Positions 31,806-32,000 of a stretch of DNA of 32,000 nt are shown here, piece after piece. Within the stretch, counting starts at the first letter, position 1, and every line of letters begins with the position of its first letter. Made by a program: the position numbers and the translations under genes. The DNA comes from Dubosiella newyorkensis (lineage in GTDB: Bacteria; Bacillota_I; Bacilli_A; Erysipelotrichales; Erysipelotrichaceae). The notes under the pieces were generated by a model. That model searched no databases, was not told the origin of the DNA, and worked only from the letters and a program-made list of their open reading frames with translations. The stretch is from assembly GCF_001945605.1 (NCBI RefSeq), contig NZ_MPKA01000067.1:89519-121518 (forward strand). The letters run 5' to 3'.

Positions 31806-32000
31806 TTTCCATCTCCTCTTCTAGTTCTTGATCAAATGGGATCGAATACTTTTCTTCCAAGATCTTTCTTTTCTCTTTCGCGCTCATCGTTTTCCTGAAT
31901 GTCGTATTCAGAAAATCAAGCAGATCCGATCCGGAAGCCTCCTCTTCATCCTGGCTCAAGCAGATCAGGATCCCTTCCATCAGATCGTAATCTTTCCCCT
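31516..32000 (-). CDS. Rpn-family recombination-promoting nuclease/putative transposase-like protein. Only the C-terminal part is in the window.
   Basis: The frame stays open to base 32000. The C-terminus has the family-typical G(I/M)xQG(I/M)EQG repeats followed by a helix-turn-helix-like tail (FSLQEIATIARCSVEKIKEI). Confidence 0.55.
   Translation of the reverse strand, partial: GKDYDLMEGILICLSQDEEEASGSDLLDFLNTTFRKTMSAKEKRKILEEKYSIPFDQELEEEMETMDGAFSSAYKSSLERKGMKLGIKLGREQGIEQGMKRGIMQGIEQGKAQGIEQEKRETVRFMLQMNEFSLQEIATIARCSVEKIKEIQEELNKKIS

Noticed and set aside
1-32000. tRNA, rRNA, CRISPR, integrase/att sites or IS inverted repeats
   Set aside because: The intergenic regions are short (the largest are about 350, 147 and 146 nt) and are accounted for by promoters, a leader and terminators. 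I saw no cloverleaf-like or rRNA-like sequence and no terminal inverted repeats around the Rpn-like genes within the window.

Overview
The window is mostly minus-strand chromosomal DNA from a Gram-positive, Bacillota-like genome. Evidence for that: AGGAGG-type RBSs, hprK, a SipW-type peptidase and Cof-type HADs. I cannot assign a genus. GC is roughly 45-50% and the tetranucleotide GATC is strikingly over-represented.

Left to right: (1) the 3' part of a secreted CE4/NodB deacetylase, a GNAT acetyltransferase and a Cof-type HAD phosphatase. (2) An approx 9.9 kb, 11-gene minus-strand operon (promoter approx 12317-12345, terminator approx 2423-2447). It encodes a transglutaminase-like lipoprotein, a GspF/PilC platform protein, four small N-terminally anchored pilin-like proteins with degenerate prepilin signals, a PilT-type ATPase, a REC/HD-GYP/GGDEF c-di-GMP enzyme, an Hpt protein, a hybrid histidine kinase with two receiver domains, and a stand-alone PocR sensor. 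This is my best candidate for an undescribed system: a minimal type IV filament module hard-wired to a phosphorelay and c-di-GMP turnover. (3) Housekeeping uvrA-hprK-trxB. (4) An 11 kb gene for an approx 3675 aa surface protein containing a fibro-slime/PA14-like domain, about 10 Spy0128-type isopeptide domains and 8 DUF11 repeats. It has no LPXTG motif, is preceded by an approx 200 nt leader ending in an intrinsic terminator, and shows a compositional break inside the gene. (5) An MFS transporter, a SipW-type signal peptidase overlapping a second Cof HAD, and a tandem pair of Rpn-like (PD-(D/E)XK transposase-family) C-terminal modules running off the window edge.

I found no rRNA, tRNA or CRISPR array. 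Most other ORFs in the six-frame track are antisense or alternative-frame shadows.
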